A stretch of DNA of 64,000 bases from a virus. Positions 8,412 to 17,573 of the stretch are shown here, piece by piece. Position 1 is the first letter of the stretch. Each line of letters begins with the position of its first letter. The stretch is from positions 96,001-160,000 of IMG/VR virus record IMGVR_UViG_3300032323_001800; one strand, written 5' to 3'. The translations under genes were made by a program, and so were the position numbers. The notes under the pieces were generated by a model that saw nothing but the letters and a program-made list of their open reading frames with translations, searched no databases and had not been told where the DNA came from.

Positions 8412-9590
8412 ATGAAAATTACTGACTTAATCGTAGAACAACAATTAGATGAAAAGCCTATGGGAGCTCTATCTGGTATAGGAAATAAAATAGCTTCTAA
8501 ATTTGGTAGTGGCAAAGCTATAGGTAAGTTAGATACTGGGAAGATCGCTAACGATTTAAGAAAGCAGTTTGACATATATCTAGGAAAGACTGGAGAACCA
8601 GCTGAACCTCAAGCTATTATTGATTTCTTATCATCAATGGGGTTACCTACTGATGCTGTTAATGCTAGCTCTGCTGCTGCAACAACAACAGCTCCTGCTA
8701 AAGATATGAAATCAACATTGGGTATCGGTAAAAATGCCGGACAACCAATGGCAACACCTAATCAACCTAAACGAGTTGATCCTACATTAGATCCTAGCGC
8801 ACCAATAGCAGCACCAAATCAACCATCAAGAGTTGATCCTACATTAGATCCTGCTGCGGGTGATACAACCAACTACGATATTCCTACCTTCCAACGCAAG
8901 GGCATGGCACCTCCTGTAACACAGCCAATGGATAAAAATAAATTTAATCAATCTGCTCTTAAAGCTAGATTAAAAGCAGGCTCTGGTGCTGGAAAAGTTA
9001 AAACAGGATTTGGTGGTTACAAAGCTGCCGCGGCTGCTAAAGGACTAAAAGCAGGCATGTATGACTCTGTGTCATACGACGATCTTAAACAAGAATTATT
9101 TTTAACAGAAGCACTAAGCGGTGGGCAAATAGATAAAATATTTCTTGCTACAGCACAATTAATGGCCAAACAAGGATTTGCAGGCGGAAATAACGCAGCA
9201 GCACCGGGTTCTAGCGCAGCAGCACCATCCGGCGCATCAAATACAGCAGCACCGGGTCCAGGCAGCAATCCTCAAAGTTTAGCAAAATCATTCTTGCAAG
9301 GATATAAAGATACACCTGGTGGCCAAAAAGGACAATCTAGTGCCTTTAATAAAACACAAGATCCAAACCAAGACTTTGCTGGAAATTTAAATTTCAATCA
9401 ATTGGCAAAACTATTGCCTAACACTGATCAACAAACATTAATCAGAGCACTGCGATTAGTTATTGGTGGTGGAAAATTAAATCAACAGCAGCTAGGTGTG
9501 TTAGGTGTTGCGATGACAGACATTGTTAAAGCAGATGCCCAAACAACTACTAAAATTATGCAGACTTTGAAAAGAATTAGTGCTGAATAA
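8412..9590 (+). CDS. Low-complexity hypothetical protein, possible internal virion protein
   Basis: 392 aa, Ala/Pro/Gly-rich with internal repeats; late promoter and SD upstream. Confidence 0.6.
   Translation: MKITDLIVEQQLDEKPMGALSGIGNKIASKFGSGKAIGKLDTGKIANDLRKQFDIYLGKTGEPAEPQAIIDFLSSMGLPTDAVNASSAAATTTAPAKDMKSTLGIGKNAGQPMATPNQPKRVDPTLDPSAPIAAPNQPSRVDPTLDPAAGDTTNYDIPTFQRKGMAPPVTQPMDKNKFNQSALKARLKAGSGAGKVKTGFGGYKAAAAAKGLKAGMYDSVSYDDLKQELFLTEALSGGQIDKIFLATAQLMAKQGFAGGNNAAAPGSSAAAPSGASNTAAPGPGSNPQSLAKSFLQGYKDTPGGQKGQSSAFNKTQDPNQDFAGNLNFNQLAKLLPNTDQQTLIRALRLVIGGGKLNQQQLGVLGVAMTDIVKADAQTTTKIMQTLKRISAE
8773..8852 (+). repeat. 23-nt direct repeat with 57-nt period, encoding RVDPTLDP twice
   Basis: GAGTTGATCCTACATTAGATCCT at 8773-8795 and 8830-8852. 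Confidence 0.9.
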
Positions 9591-9785
9591 TTAAAAGAAC
9601 GGTAGTCCTGATTTTTTAGTTGTTTCAAAATTTTCTTTGATTATATCGTCTATAATATCTCTTTCGTCAGAAGTTAAATTCATAGACTCGGCGTAGCTAA
9701 TACCGCCTCTCATATACCAAACAGTTCTAAGAGCGTTAGCTTTTATTATCTTGACTTCTTTTTCCATGGCCTCCGACTCCGCCAA
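9591..9785 (-). CDS. Baseplate hub assembly catalyst-like ORF (gp51-like), probably expressed as a -1 frameshift extension of the upstream gene
   Basis: Has ISYAESMNLTSDERDII, resembling the gp51-type motif. No obvious SD; the frame is open back to the slippery site at 9827-9821. Confidence 0.55.
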   Translation of the reverse strand: MAESEAMEKEVKIIKANALRTVWYMRGGISYAESMNLTSDERDIIDDIIKENFETTKKSGLPFF

Positions 9786-9805
9786 GATGCTAGGGATATC
9801 TAGTG

Positions 9806-10660
9806 TCAGGAGGCGGCGCCGAAAAAATCGGCTTGGTCAAACGATAAATTAACTTGATACTGATGCTTACAATGTGGGCATTCAGTTGATAACGCATCAA
9901 TCTTTCCAGCATCTCTTGATTTAGATACAGCATCCTGTACTAAAGAAAATATCTTTTTATCTGTGTTAGCTAAAAATTCTTTAATAAACGCAGTATCAGT
10001 AACAATACCCGCAGAACATTCAATCTTGTCAATTGAATCAGACACAGTGTCTATGGTTAATTCAGTTAATTTAATAAAACTAGTTTGAAATAATTCTAAT
10101 TTTTTATCATCGGATATTGATTCATCATTGACGATTGAAAAAATTCTCTGTTGTTCAAAGGTTTTTAATGCTGTTCTTGTAATTTGATCATAGGTTAAAG
10201 GTCTGATCCAAAGCAGCATGTCATTATCTACTTCAAGACGAGTTGAAAACTCTATCTGTCTTAGGCTGTCTAATAGATTTCGAAGATCAACCATTTTTTC
10301 GTCTTGCTCATTACAGTTAGGACATGTAGTACCTACCTCCATTTCTTGACCAAATGTAGCATATCTTATAGATATTAGTACTGCATCGACGTCGATAGCT
10401 GGCATGAACCAAGGATTTTTAATATTGGGCACACAGCTTTTTATAACTTCGACCGTTGAAGCGCCATTCATAAGCGCATCCGGTGTGCGCATCAACAGCT
10501 CGTCTTTAGCAGTCATGGCAAACACCGGTAACTCTCCATTTTCCGGCATGTCTAATGCGTTTGGTGGATAGAATTTTCCTTTGCTAGGCAAGGTCATATA
10601 GATCTTTGGTTGTCTAAAAAACTGCGATAGCGGATTTTTTACCTGATTGTTTTGTTCCAT
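9806..10660 (-). CDS. gp26: Baseplate hub assembly chaperone, T4 gp26-like
   Basis: IYMTLPSKGKFY, FAMTAKDELL, DAVLISIRYATFG, two CPxC Zn motifs. Start set at ATG 10660 (GGA SD); the 59-aa extension in the track runs across the divergent promoter region. Confidence 0.75.
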   Translation of the reverse strand: MEQNNQVKNPLSQFFRQPKIYMTLPSKGKFYPPNALDMPENGELPVFAMTAKDELLMRTPDALMNGASTVEVIKSCVPNIKNPWFMPAIDVDAVLISIRYATFGQEMEVGTTCPNCNEQDEKMVDLRNLLDSLRQIEFSTRLEVDNDMLLWIRPLTYDQITRTALKTFEQQRIFSIVNDESISDDKKLELFQTSFIKLTELTIDTVSDSIDKIECSAGIVTDTAFIKEFLANTDKKIFSLVQDAVSKSRDAGKIDALSTECPHCKHQYQVNLSFDQADFFGAAS

Positions 10661-10671
10661 TTTTTTATCCA

Positions 10672-10703
10672 TAAATAAGTGTATATCTTGAAAAGTATTT
10701 ATA
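10672..10703. promoter_or_regulatory. Pair of divergent late promoters
   Basis: TAAATA on plus at 10672-10677; TATAAATA on minus at 10703-10696. Confidence 0.6.
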
Positions 10704-10739
10704 TACGTAGTTTTCAGTGAAAAATATTTAGGACTATAA

Positions 10740-13427
10740 ATGACCGGAAGAGTTGAAATATTTGGTGGGCAATTAGATGGATCAGTGTTATCCAATGCTG
10801 CTACCGAATCTACCTTAAGAGAATTAGTTAATGCCATTAACGGGGTTACTGGCGCAGGTGGTCAAGGCGGTGGCGCTGGCGGAGGTGGTAGCGGAGCTGC
10901 TGGTGGAGTTACCGGTGGGTTTAAAGGCATATCAAAAGTAGCATCAACACTAGCTGGCAGTTTAGGTTCTATGACTAAACTTGTGGTTTCTGGAAATCAA
11001 AGCTTAGGCACATTTGTAGGATCATTAAAAACCGGTATCAAAGGTATTGATAAATTTACAGATGCTGCCGCAGGATTTGTAAAATACTTTGAAGAAGCAC
11101 AGGGAACTTTAAGAGATTTAAGTAAAAACGGTGCTGCATTTAATAACAGTGTATTAGATTTAAAAGAAGCAGCCAGCACAGCTGAAATGGAATTAACACA
11201 ATTTCAAAAGGCTATTCAAATGAACGCCAAAGGATTGCTAGGATACGGTTTAACTTTAACACAGAGTGCGCAACGTGCCTCTAGAATTATCAAAGCAGGC
11301 AGCGATTCAGGTGTAACTACTGCTTTGATGAATTTGGGAATGAGTTCCGAAGAAAGCAGAGAATACATTATGGAATTTTCTGCGTCATTGGCAAAAAGTA
11401 ATAGAGTTCGTGCAACATCGGACGTAACGTTAGCACAAGCATCATTATCATATTATAAAGAACTTGATGCTATAGCAAAAATTACGGGTAAGTCACGCGA
11501 GCAGCAAGAAGAACAACTGAAAGAATTAACTGCTGAAGCAGTGTTTAAATCAAAATTAGCTAGATTAGATGTAGATAAACAGAAAGAAATTCGAATAACA
11601 ATGGCTAAGATACAGGCCAAACAAGGAATGGAAGCAGCACGAATATATAGAGACCAGATAATCGGAGTTTCAGTTCCATTAAGAAAGGCTGCTAGAATGC
11701 AGACAGCATTGTTTAGTGACTCAACAGAAGCTAATAGAAGATTAGCAGATGCTCAATTACGAGGTGTTGTTGGTCAAGAACGAATTAATGAAGTTGTGAA
11801 TAACGGAACAGTTACTAACGCAAAAGCTGCACAGGGATTAGAACATCTTGCTGCCGTAGGAGTAGCAGGTGGCGAATCTGCTGCTGCGGTAGCGGACGCA
11901 TACAAGAGTGTTGTTACACCTATTCTAGACATGGGTGAAAACGTCGATGAAGTTAGTAACGCATCGTTGACGGCTAAAGATAAAGAAGCAAAGGCAGAAC
12001 AGGAACGTATAGGAGTAATGGATAAGACCTTAAATCAATTCCAGGACGCAGTCACACGAGTTCAGGCAGCTCTTGAACGATTAAAAAATACAATTATGCG
12101 AGTAACTACTGAGGCATTAGAACCATTAATTACATGGGCTGGAGAGTTTTTTACAAAAGCATCTCATCTAGCGTCGCAGGGATTAGACAAATTAGCAGAT
12201 TGGATCGAAAGATCGTCTCATCAGTTTGGAACATATGTCGATAAATGGTGGTTTTCTATTAAAGAATTCTTTGGGCCTAAGCTTTTTGTTAAGGTAGGGT
12301 TAGTTTTAGAAAATGGATTTTTAAATATCATGGCCAATGTCATGGAAGCAATTGGAAAGCAGCTCGATAGGGTTGGGTTAGGCGGGCCTATGCTACGGGC
12401 TGCTAAAAATATGAGAGATGCTATAGTAGAAAATACCAGAGCATTTGAGGAAGCTAAGGAAGCAGAAAAGGATCAACTAACTAAAGACAAAGAAGCATTA
12501 GATGCTAGGTTGAGAGTTAGAGAAGCTGAACAAAGAGCAATTGTAGCTGCGCAGCAACAAAGAAGTGCAGGCCGGAGGGAAGCTGCTAGCGCAAGAACTG
12601 CTCCGGCAGAAGCGCAAGCAGGAGTTATTGCTCATTTACAAAAATCAGGTATAACAGATCCTAGAGCAATCGCTAACGTTCTAGCAATGATTCAGGGTGA
12701 AACTGGATTTAGACAAAGAAGTGAGGATTCGCTTGCCGGCACATCAGTTGGTGATATTAGAAATCGAATATTTAAAGGTAATCGAGGTATAGCATCACTA
12801 ACTGATGATCAAATCAACGAAATGAAAAAAGGTGATTCTGCTGGAATATACAATATTGCCTATGACGACAAATATAGAGATCCAAAACATAGACTGGGCA
12901 ATACACAATATGGAGAAGGATTTAAATATCGAGGACGAGGATACCATCAACTTACTGGCAAAGGAAATTACGCAGCAGCATCTAAAGCATTGTTTGGAGA
13001 TGATAGATTAGTTCAAAATCCAGATTTAGTTAATGATCCAAAAATAGCCGGAATGGTAGCAGGTTGGTATTACTCAACAAGCAGTCATGCTAAGGGAAGA
13101 GATCTTACTAATTTTAAAGATGTATACGGTATGACTTCGGGCAACAGTAATAACACCGCTGAGTTATCACGAAGACAGGGATATGCTGACCAATTTTTAC
13201 AACAAATGGGTCCTCAACGAATGGGAAATACCAATCAAGGACCTGCAATTACTGTACCGCCTCCACAATCATCAACAAACCAAGAATCAGCAGTAAATCC
13301 TGTTGCTAATTTAAATAGTAGTATAGACAATATGGTTGCTCTGATGCGAGAACAAATTACACAACAGAAAAATTTAGTTACTGCTGTCAAACGATTAAAC
13401 GGTAATGTACAGACATCAGTTACATAA
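10740..13427 (+). CDS. Tape measure / baseplate hub protein with C-terminal GH19 lysozyme-like domain
   Basis: Long Ala-rich helical body; the C-terminal part has IQGETGF, RLGN, YRGRGYHQLTGKGNY and NPDLV, the GH19 signature. Confidence 0.75.
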   Translation: MTGRVEIFGGQLDGSVLSNAATESTLRELVNAINGVTGAGGQGGGAGGGGSGAAGGVTGGFKGISKVASTLAGSLGSMTKLVVSGNQSLGTFVGSLKTGIKGIDKFTDAAAGFVKYFEEAQGTLRDLSKNGAAFNNSVLDLKEAASTAEMELTQFQKAIQMNAKGLLGYGLTLTQSAQRASRIIKAGSDSGVTTALMNLGMSSEESREYIMEFSASLAKSNRVRATSDVTLAQASLSYYKELDAIAKITGKSREQQEEQLKELTAEAVFKSKLARLDVDKQKEIRITMAKIQAKQGMEAARIYRDQIIGVSVPLRKAARMQTALFSDSTEANRRLADAQLRGVVGQERINEVVNNGTVTNAKAAQGLEHLAAVGVAGGESAAAVADAYKSVVTPILDMGENVDEVSNASLTAKDKEAKAEQERIGVMDKTLNQFQDAVTRVQAALERLKNTIMRVTTEALEPLITWAGEFFTKASHLASQGLDKLADWIERSSHQFGTYVDKWWFSIKEFFGPKLFVKVGLVLENGFLNIMANVMEAIGKQLDRVGLGGPMLRAAKNMRDAIVENTRAFEEAKEAEKDQLTKDKEALDARLRVREAEQRAIVAAQQQRSAGRREAASARTAPAEAQAGVIAHLQKSGITDPRAIANVLAMIQGETGFRQRSEDSLAGTSVGDIRNRIFKGNRGIASLTDDQINEMKKGDSAGIYNIAYDDKYRDPKHRLGNTQYGEGFKYRGRGYHQLTGKGNYAAASKALFGDDRLVQNPDLVNDPKIAGMVAGWYYSTSSHAKGRDLTNFKDVYGMTSGNSNNTAELSRRQGYADQFLQQMGPQRMGNTNQGPAITVPPPQSSTNQESAVNPVANLNSSIDNMVALMREQITQQKNLVTAVKRLNGNVQTSVT

Positions 13428-13441
13428 AATAGGACAATGAC

Positions 13442-15151
13442 ATGAGTTGGAAAAAACATTTTACACCTGTATCAACAGGCAAACAATCTGGATCGCTAAG
13501 TCCGTTAGGAAATGGATCGCGTCCCGGGCCAGCTCGTGCTAATTATTCCAGTTACCTACCAGATGTGTATGCAGGTACACCTAATCGTGTTGAACGATAC
13601 ACGCAGTATGACACAATGGATATGGACAGCGAAGTTAATGCTGCTCTAGACATTCTAGCAGAGTTTTGTACGCAGGCAAACAAAGAAAACAACACACCGT
13701 TTCAAATTTTCTTTAAAGGATCACCTACTTCAACTGAAGTTAAAATTCTCAAAGAAGGTCTTCAAAAATGGTCTAAGACACAGCAATTTGAAACTCGCAT
13801 GTTTAGAATTTTAAGAAGTACGTTCAAATATGGAGATATGTTTTTTATTAGAGATCCAGAAACACAAAAATGGTTCTATGTTGATCCTGCTAAAGTTGTA
13901 AAAATTATTGTTAATGAAAGCGAAGGTAAGAAGCCCGAGCAATATGTAATTCGAGATATCAATATTAATTTTAGAGATTTAGTTGCTACATCAATAGCAC
14001 CTAACACTAACTCAACACCATCAGGCACATCTTCGTATGTTAGTGGTGGTGCCTTTGGTCGCGGCATGGTTGGATCAGCTCCACAACAAACCGGATCAAG
14101 ATTTTCAACAGGGACTAATGAATTTCCAATTGATGCTAAACATATAATTCATTTAAGCATGAGTGAAGGATTAGATAATAATTATCCTTTTGGTAACTCA
14201 TTATTAGAATCAGTTTTTAAAGTTTATAAACAAAAAGAATTGTTAGAAGATGCGATTATTATCTATCGTGTCCAACGTGCTCCTGAACGTAGAGTGTTTT
14301 ACGTTGATGTAGGTAACATGCCAGCACACATGGCTATGAGTTTCGTTGAACGTGTTAAAAATGAAATACACCAAAGACGCATTCCAAGTCAAACTGGCGG
14401 CGGATCTTCAGTAGTTGATGCTAGTTACAATCCACTAAGCATTTCAGAAGACTACTTCTTTCCGCAAACAGCAGAAGGTCGTGGATCTAAAGTTGATACA
14501 CTACCGGGCGGTACTAATCTAGGTGAAATTGACGATTTAAAATTCTTTACAAACAAATTGTTTAGAGCGTTACGTATTCCTAGCAGCTATTTGCCTACTG
14601 GACCAGACGATGGCCAAGCAGCATTTACTGACGGTAAAGTAGGCACAGCATATATTCAAGAATTAAGATTTAACGAATATTGTAAAAGATTACAAAATAG
14701 CGTTATTGGTGAGTTTGATACAGAATTTAAATTATGGTTGATCAACAGCGGAATCACTATTGACAACAGTTTATTTGAACTAAAATTAAATCCCCCACAA
14801 AACTTTGCTGCGTATCGTCAATCAGAATTAGATAATGCTCGAGTACAGACTTTTGCTGCTTTACAAGAAGTTCCGTACATGAGTAAGAGATTTGCTCTTA
14901 AACGATTCTTAGGTTTAACCCAAGAAGAAATTACGGAAAACGAACGCCAATGGAAAGAAGAAAACGGTGCTAAGATTGCTGCCGATCTTGATGCAGCAGC
15001 CGAAATGCGATCAGTTGGAGTAAGTCCAGCTGGTATATCTGCTGATATGGAAGCATCAGCAGCCGAAGCACCAGACGATCTTGCTGCTCAAGCAGCACCA
15101 GCTGATGGCGGAATAGATCAAACAGCAGCACCAGCTACTCCTGCAGCCTAA
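13442..15151 (+). CDS. gp20: Portal protein
   Basis: LLEDAIIIYRVQRAPERRVFYVDVGNMP, EDYFFP, RGSKVDTLPGG, LRIPSS. Confidence 0.96.
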   Translation: MSWKKHFTPVSTGKQSGSLSPLGNGSRPGPARANYSSYLPDVYAGTPNRVERYTQYDTMDMDSEVNAALDILAEFCTQANKENNTPFQIFFKGSPTSTEVKILKEGLQKWSKTQQFETRMFRILRSTFKYGDMFFIRDPETQKWFYVDPAKVVKIIVNESEGKKPEQYVIRDININFRDLVATSIAPNTNSTPSGTSSYVSGGAFGRGMVGSAPQQTGSRFSTGTNEFPIDAKHIIHLSMSEGLDNNYPFGNSLLESVFKVYKQKELLEDAIIIYRVQRAPERRVFYVDVGNMPAHMAMSFVERVKNEIHQRRIPSQTGGGSSVVDASYNPLSISEDYFFPQTAEGRGSKVDTLPGGTNLGEIDDLKFFTNKLFRALRIPSSYLPTGPDDGQAAFTDGKVGTAYIQELRFNEYCKRLQNSVIGEFDTEFKLWLINSGITIDNSLFELKLNPPQNFAAYRQSELDNARVQTFAALQEVPYMSKRFALKRFLGLTQEEITENERQWKEENGAKIAADLDAAAEMRSVGVSPAGISADMEASAAEAPDDLAAQAAPADGGIDQTAAPATPAA

Positions 15152-15165
15152 ACGATAAATACAAG

Positions 15166-15411
15166 ATGAAACTTTTAGAATTCTTTTATTTTAACGATCA
15201 AGCAAACGATTTTATCGATGATAAACGTTATGATAGCAGTCGCGACTCTGATGTAATGCAGAAAAGTGATACTAGAAAAGTTCGTTTGACACTAAAAGAC
15301 ATCAATATGCTTCGCAAACAAAGCGAAGCTCATCAGTTTGAGCAGGAGTCCGAAATGGAATTTGTAAGACAAATGTATGGACAACCACCTGCAGAACAAG
15401 CCCCAGTATAA
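15166..15411 (+). CDS. Small hypothetical head-cluster protein
   Basis: 81-aa ORF immediately after a TAAATA box. Confidence 0.65.
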   Translation: MKLLEFFYFNDQANDFIDDKRYDSSRDSDVMQKSDTRKVRLTLKDINMLRKQSEAHQFEQESEMEFVRQMYGQPPAEQAPV

Positions 15412-16000
15412 TACAGCATTCGTTTTAGGTAATGGTAAAAGTAGGTTACGTCTAAAGTTAGACGAACTTAAATTTCACGCATCTGTATATGGGTGTAATG
15501 CTTTATTTCGTGAATACACTCCTGATTATCTCATAGCCGTTGATGAAAAAATGGTTAGAGAAATAGAAAAAACTGGATACCATTTAAAGAACACAGTTTG
15601 GACTAACCCCAATAAAGGGGTATTAAAAATTTCTGGTTTAAACTATTTTAAACCTCATAAGGGATGGAGCAGTGGGCCAACAGCATTATGGTTAGCAGCA
15701 AAAAACAATCATGAAACAATATATATTTTTGGATTTGATTACGAGGGTATCGATCGAAAAGTAAATAATGTTTATGCTGATACAGCAAATTATAAAAAAA
15801 GCACAGATATTGCTACATATTATGGTAACTGGTTACATCAAACTGAACAGGTGATTCGAGACAATAAACACATTAAATTTGTTAGAGTTATTGATACACT
15901 TAACTTTAGACCACCAACGTTAAATCAAATTACCACTAACTTTGAACATATAAGTTATGATGAGTTTGAAAAGAAATTTCCAGGAATAATAATTAAATAA
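15377..16000 (+). CDS. Rossmann-like transferase (MptE/DUF115- or GT29-like)
   Basis: AFVLGNGKSR, YGCNAL, DYLIAVD, WSSGPTAL, IYIFGFDY. Start is uncertain because it overlaps the upstream gene by 35 nt. Confidence 0.55.
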   Translation: MDNHLQNKPQYNTAFVLGNGKSRLRLKLDELKFHASVYGCNALFREYTPDYLIAVDEKMVREIEKTGYHLKNTVWTNPNKGVLKISGLNYFKPHKGWSSGPTALWLAAKNNHETIYIFGFDYEGIDRKVNNVYADTANYKKSTDIATYYGNWLHQTEQVIRDNKHIKFVRVIDTLNFRPPTLNQITTNFEHISYDEFEKKFPGIIIK

Positions 16001-16051
16001 GCAGAAACGATCAAAAAAGCGTCATTTGACGCTGATTTTTAATCTACGTAG

Positions 16052-16057
16052 TAAATA
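16052..16057 (+). promoter_or_regulatory. Late promoter TAAATA for the head operon
   Basis: TAAATA preceded by the hairpin AGCGTC-ATTT-GACGCT and followed by an AGGAGG SD before 16097. Confidence 0.6.
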
Positions 16058-16096
16058 AAACTGACAGCTTTATAACCAATTTTTAGGAGGAATACC

Positions 16097-16909
16097 ATGG
16101 CAGATCAAAACAAAATTGCCGAGATGTTAGAACATCTTGTTAATGACGACCAAGCAAAAGCAGAAGAGCTTTTCCACGAATACATTGTTGCAAAATCAAG
16201 AGAAATCTATGAAGATTTAATTGAATCAGAAATTGAAGAAGTTTCTGACGAAGAAGTTGATGAAGCAGCAGAAAAAGACGAAGATCAAGAAGATGAAGAT
16301 CTTGACGAGAATTTTGAAGATTTAAATTTCGCTGAAGCCGACGACGAAACAGACGACCTAGTAGCTGATACAGAAATGGACGGTGAAGAAGACGGTGAAG
16401 AAATGGGCGACGAAGAAGGCGATGAGTCTGACGACAGCATTGAAGACCGTGTTATGGATTTAGAAGATCACATGGCAGAATTAGAAGCAGAATTTGCTAA
16501 ACTACAGGGCGATGAAGAAGGTGAAGAGCACATGGGCGGTGATGACATGGGCGACATGGGCGACATGCCAATGAAAGACGAGTTCGAACTATCAACTGTT
16601 CGTGAATACGTTGAAAAAGTTGCACCAGCTAAAATGGGCGACAACGGCACAAACGCTAAGAGCACTGTAGCAGGCAAGAACGATATGGGTGGCACTACTG
16701 CAAATATTGCTAAAGGCGGAGAGTCTAAAGGCGAAGGTACTAAAGGCGGTTTATTAAATCCTGCAACTAAGGAAGATAACGCTGGCAATATCAACGTTCC
16801 AGGCGGCAAAGCAGGTAATTCTTTTAGCAAGAAAGAACCAGGTCATGGCGCAGAAAAGAAAGGCGCAGCTGAACAAGCTGAAAACAAGCAAAGTCTTTTC
16901 CGTAAGTGA
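16097..16909 (+). CDS. Acidic prohead core / scaffold-like protein
   Basis: Very Asp/Glu-rich; lies between portal and protease, where T4 has its core genes. Confidence 0.65.
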   Translation: MADQNKIAEMLEHLVNDDQAKAEELFHEYIVAKSREIYEDLIESEIEEVSDEEVDEAAEKDEDQEDEDLDENFEDLNFAEADDETDDLVADTEMDGEEDGEEMGDEEGDESDDSIEDRVMDLEDHMAELEAEFAKLQGDEEGEEHMGGDDMGDMGDMPMKDEFELSTVREYVEKVAPAKMGDNGTNAKSTVAGKNDMGGTTANIAKGGESKGEGTKGGLLNPATKEDNAGNINVPGGKAGNSFSKKEPGHGAEKKGAAEQAENKQSLFRK

Positions 16910-16922
16910 TTGGAGCGAATAG

Positions 16923-17558
16923 GTGAAAAACTATCTTAGAGAAAATTTGAGTTTTGACCAAGCTGGTCTGGTCCTTGAGAGTACCGAAGATGACAAGGGA
17001 GGAAAAACTCTCCATCTAAATGGTATTTGCATTCAAGGCGACATCAGGAATGCTAATCAGAGAGTTTATCCATCTTCTGAAATTGGTAGGGCTGTCAAAA
17101 CTGTCAATGAACAGATTGCTGGCGGGTACTCAGTTCTCGGAGAAGTCGATCACCCTGCAGATTTACGCATTAACTTAGACCGTGTATCACACATGATTAC
17201 AAAAATGTGGATGGACGGTCCTAATGGTTACGGCAAAATGAAGATTCTACCAACTCCTATGGGACAATTAATTCAAACCATGTTGGAGAGTGGAGTCAAA
17301 CTAGGCGTATCAAGCAGAGGATCAGGTAACGTATCAGAAGACGGTGATGGCAAAGTTTCTGACTTTGAAATCATCACTGTTGATATTGTTGCTCAACCAT
17401 CTGCTCCTGGTGCTTACCCAACCCCAGTTTATGAACACCTAATGAATAATGTAGGTGGTATGAAGGCATTTAATATAGCAAGGGAAGTTCAAGGCGACTC
17501 TAAGGCACAGCAATACATAGCAGAAAGTCTTAAGAAAATTATTTCGAGACTAAACTAA
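16923..17558 (+). CDS. gp21: Prohead protease
   Basis: NANQRVYP, LGEVDHP, RVSHMIT, LGVSSRGSG, ITVDIVAQPSAPGA. GTG start with GGAG SD. Confidence 0.95.
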   Translation: MKNYLRENLSFDQAGLVLESTEDDKGGKTLHLNGICIQGDIRNANQRVYPSSEIGRAVKTVNEQIAGGYSVLGEVDHPADLRINLDRVSHMITKMWMDGPNGYGKMKILPTPMGQLIQTMLESGVKLGVSSRGSGNVSEDGDGKVSDFEIITVDIVAQPSAPGAYPTPVYEHLMNNVGGMKAFNIAREVQGDSKAQQYIAESLKKIISRLN

Positions 17559-17573
17559 CAGTAGGAGAATCAC

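Noticed and set aside
10661-10837. N-terminal extensions given in the ORF track (gp26 from 10837; also gp47 from 3740, gp14 from 53963, gp19 from 59183, adhesin from 41902)
   Set aside because: The extensions run through promoters or neighbouring genes; downstream ATGs fit the SD or promoter spacing better.
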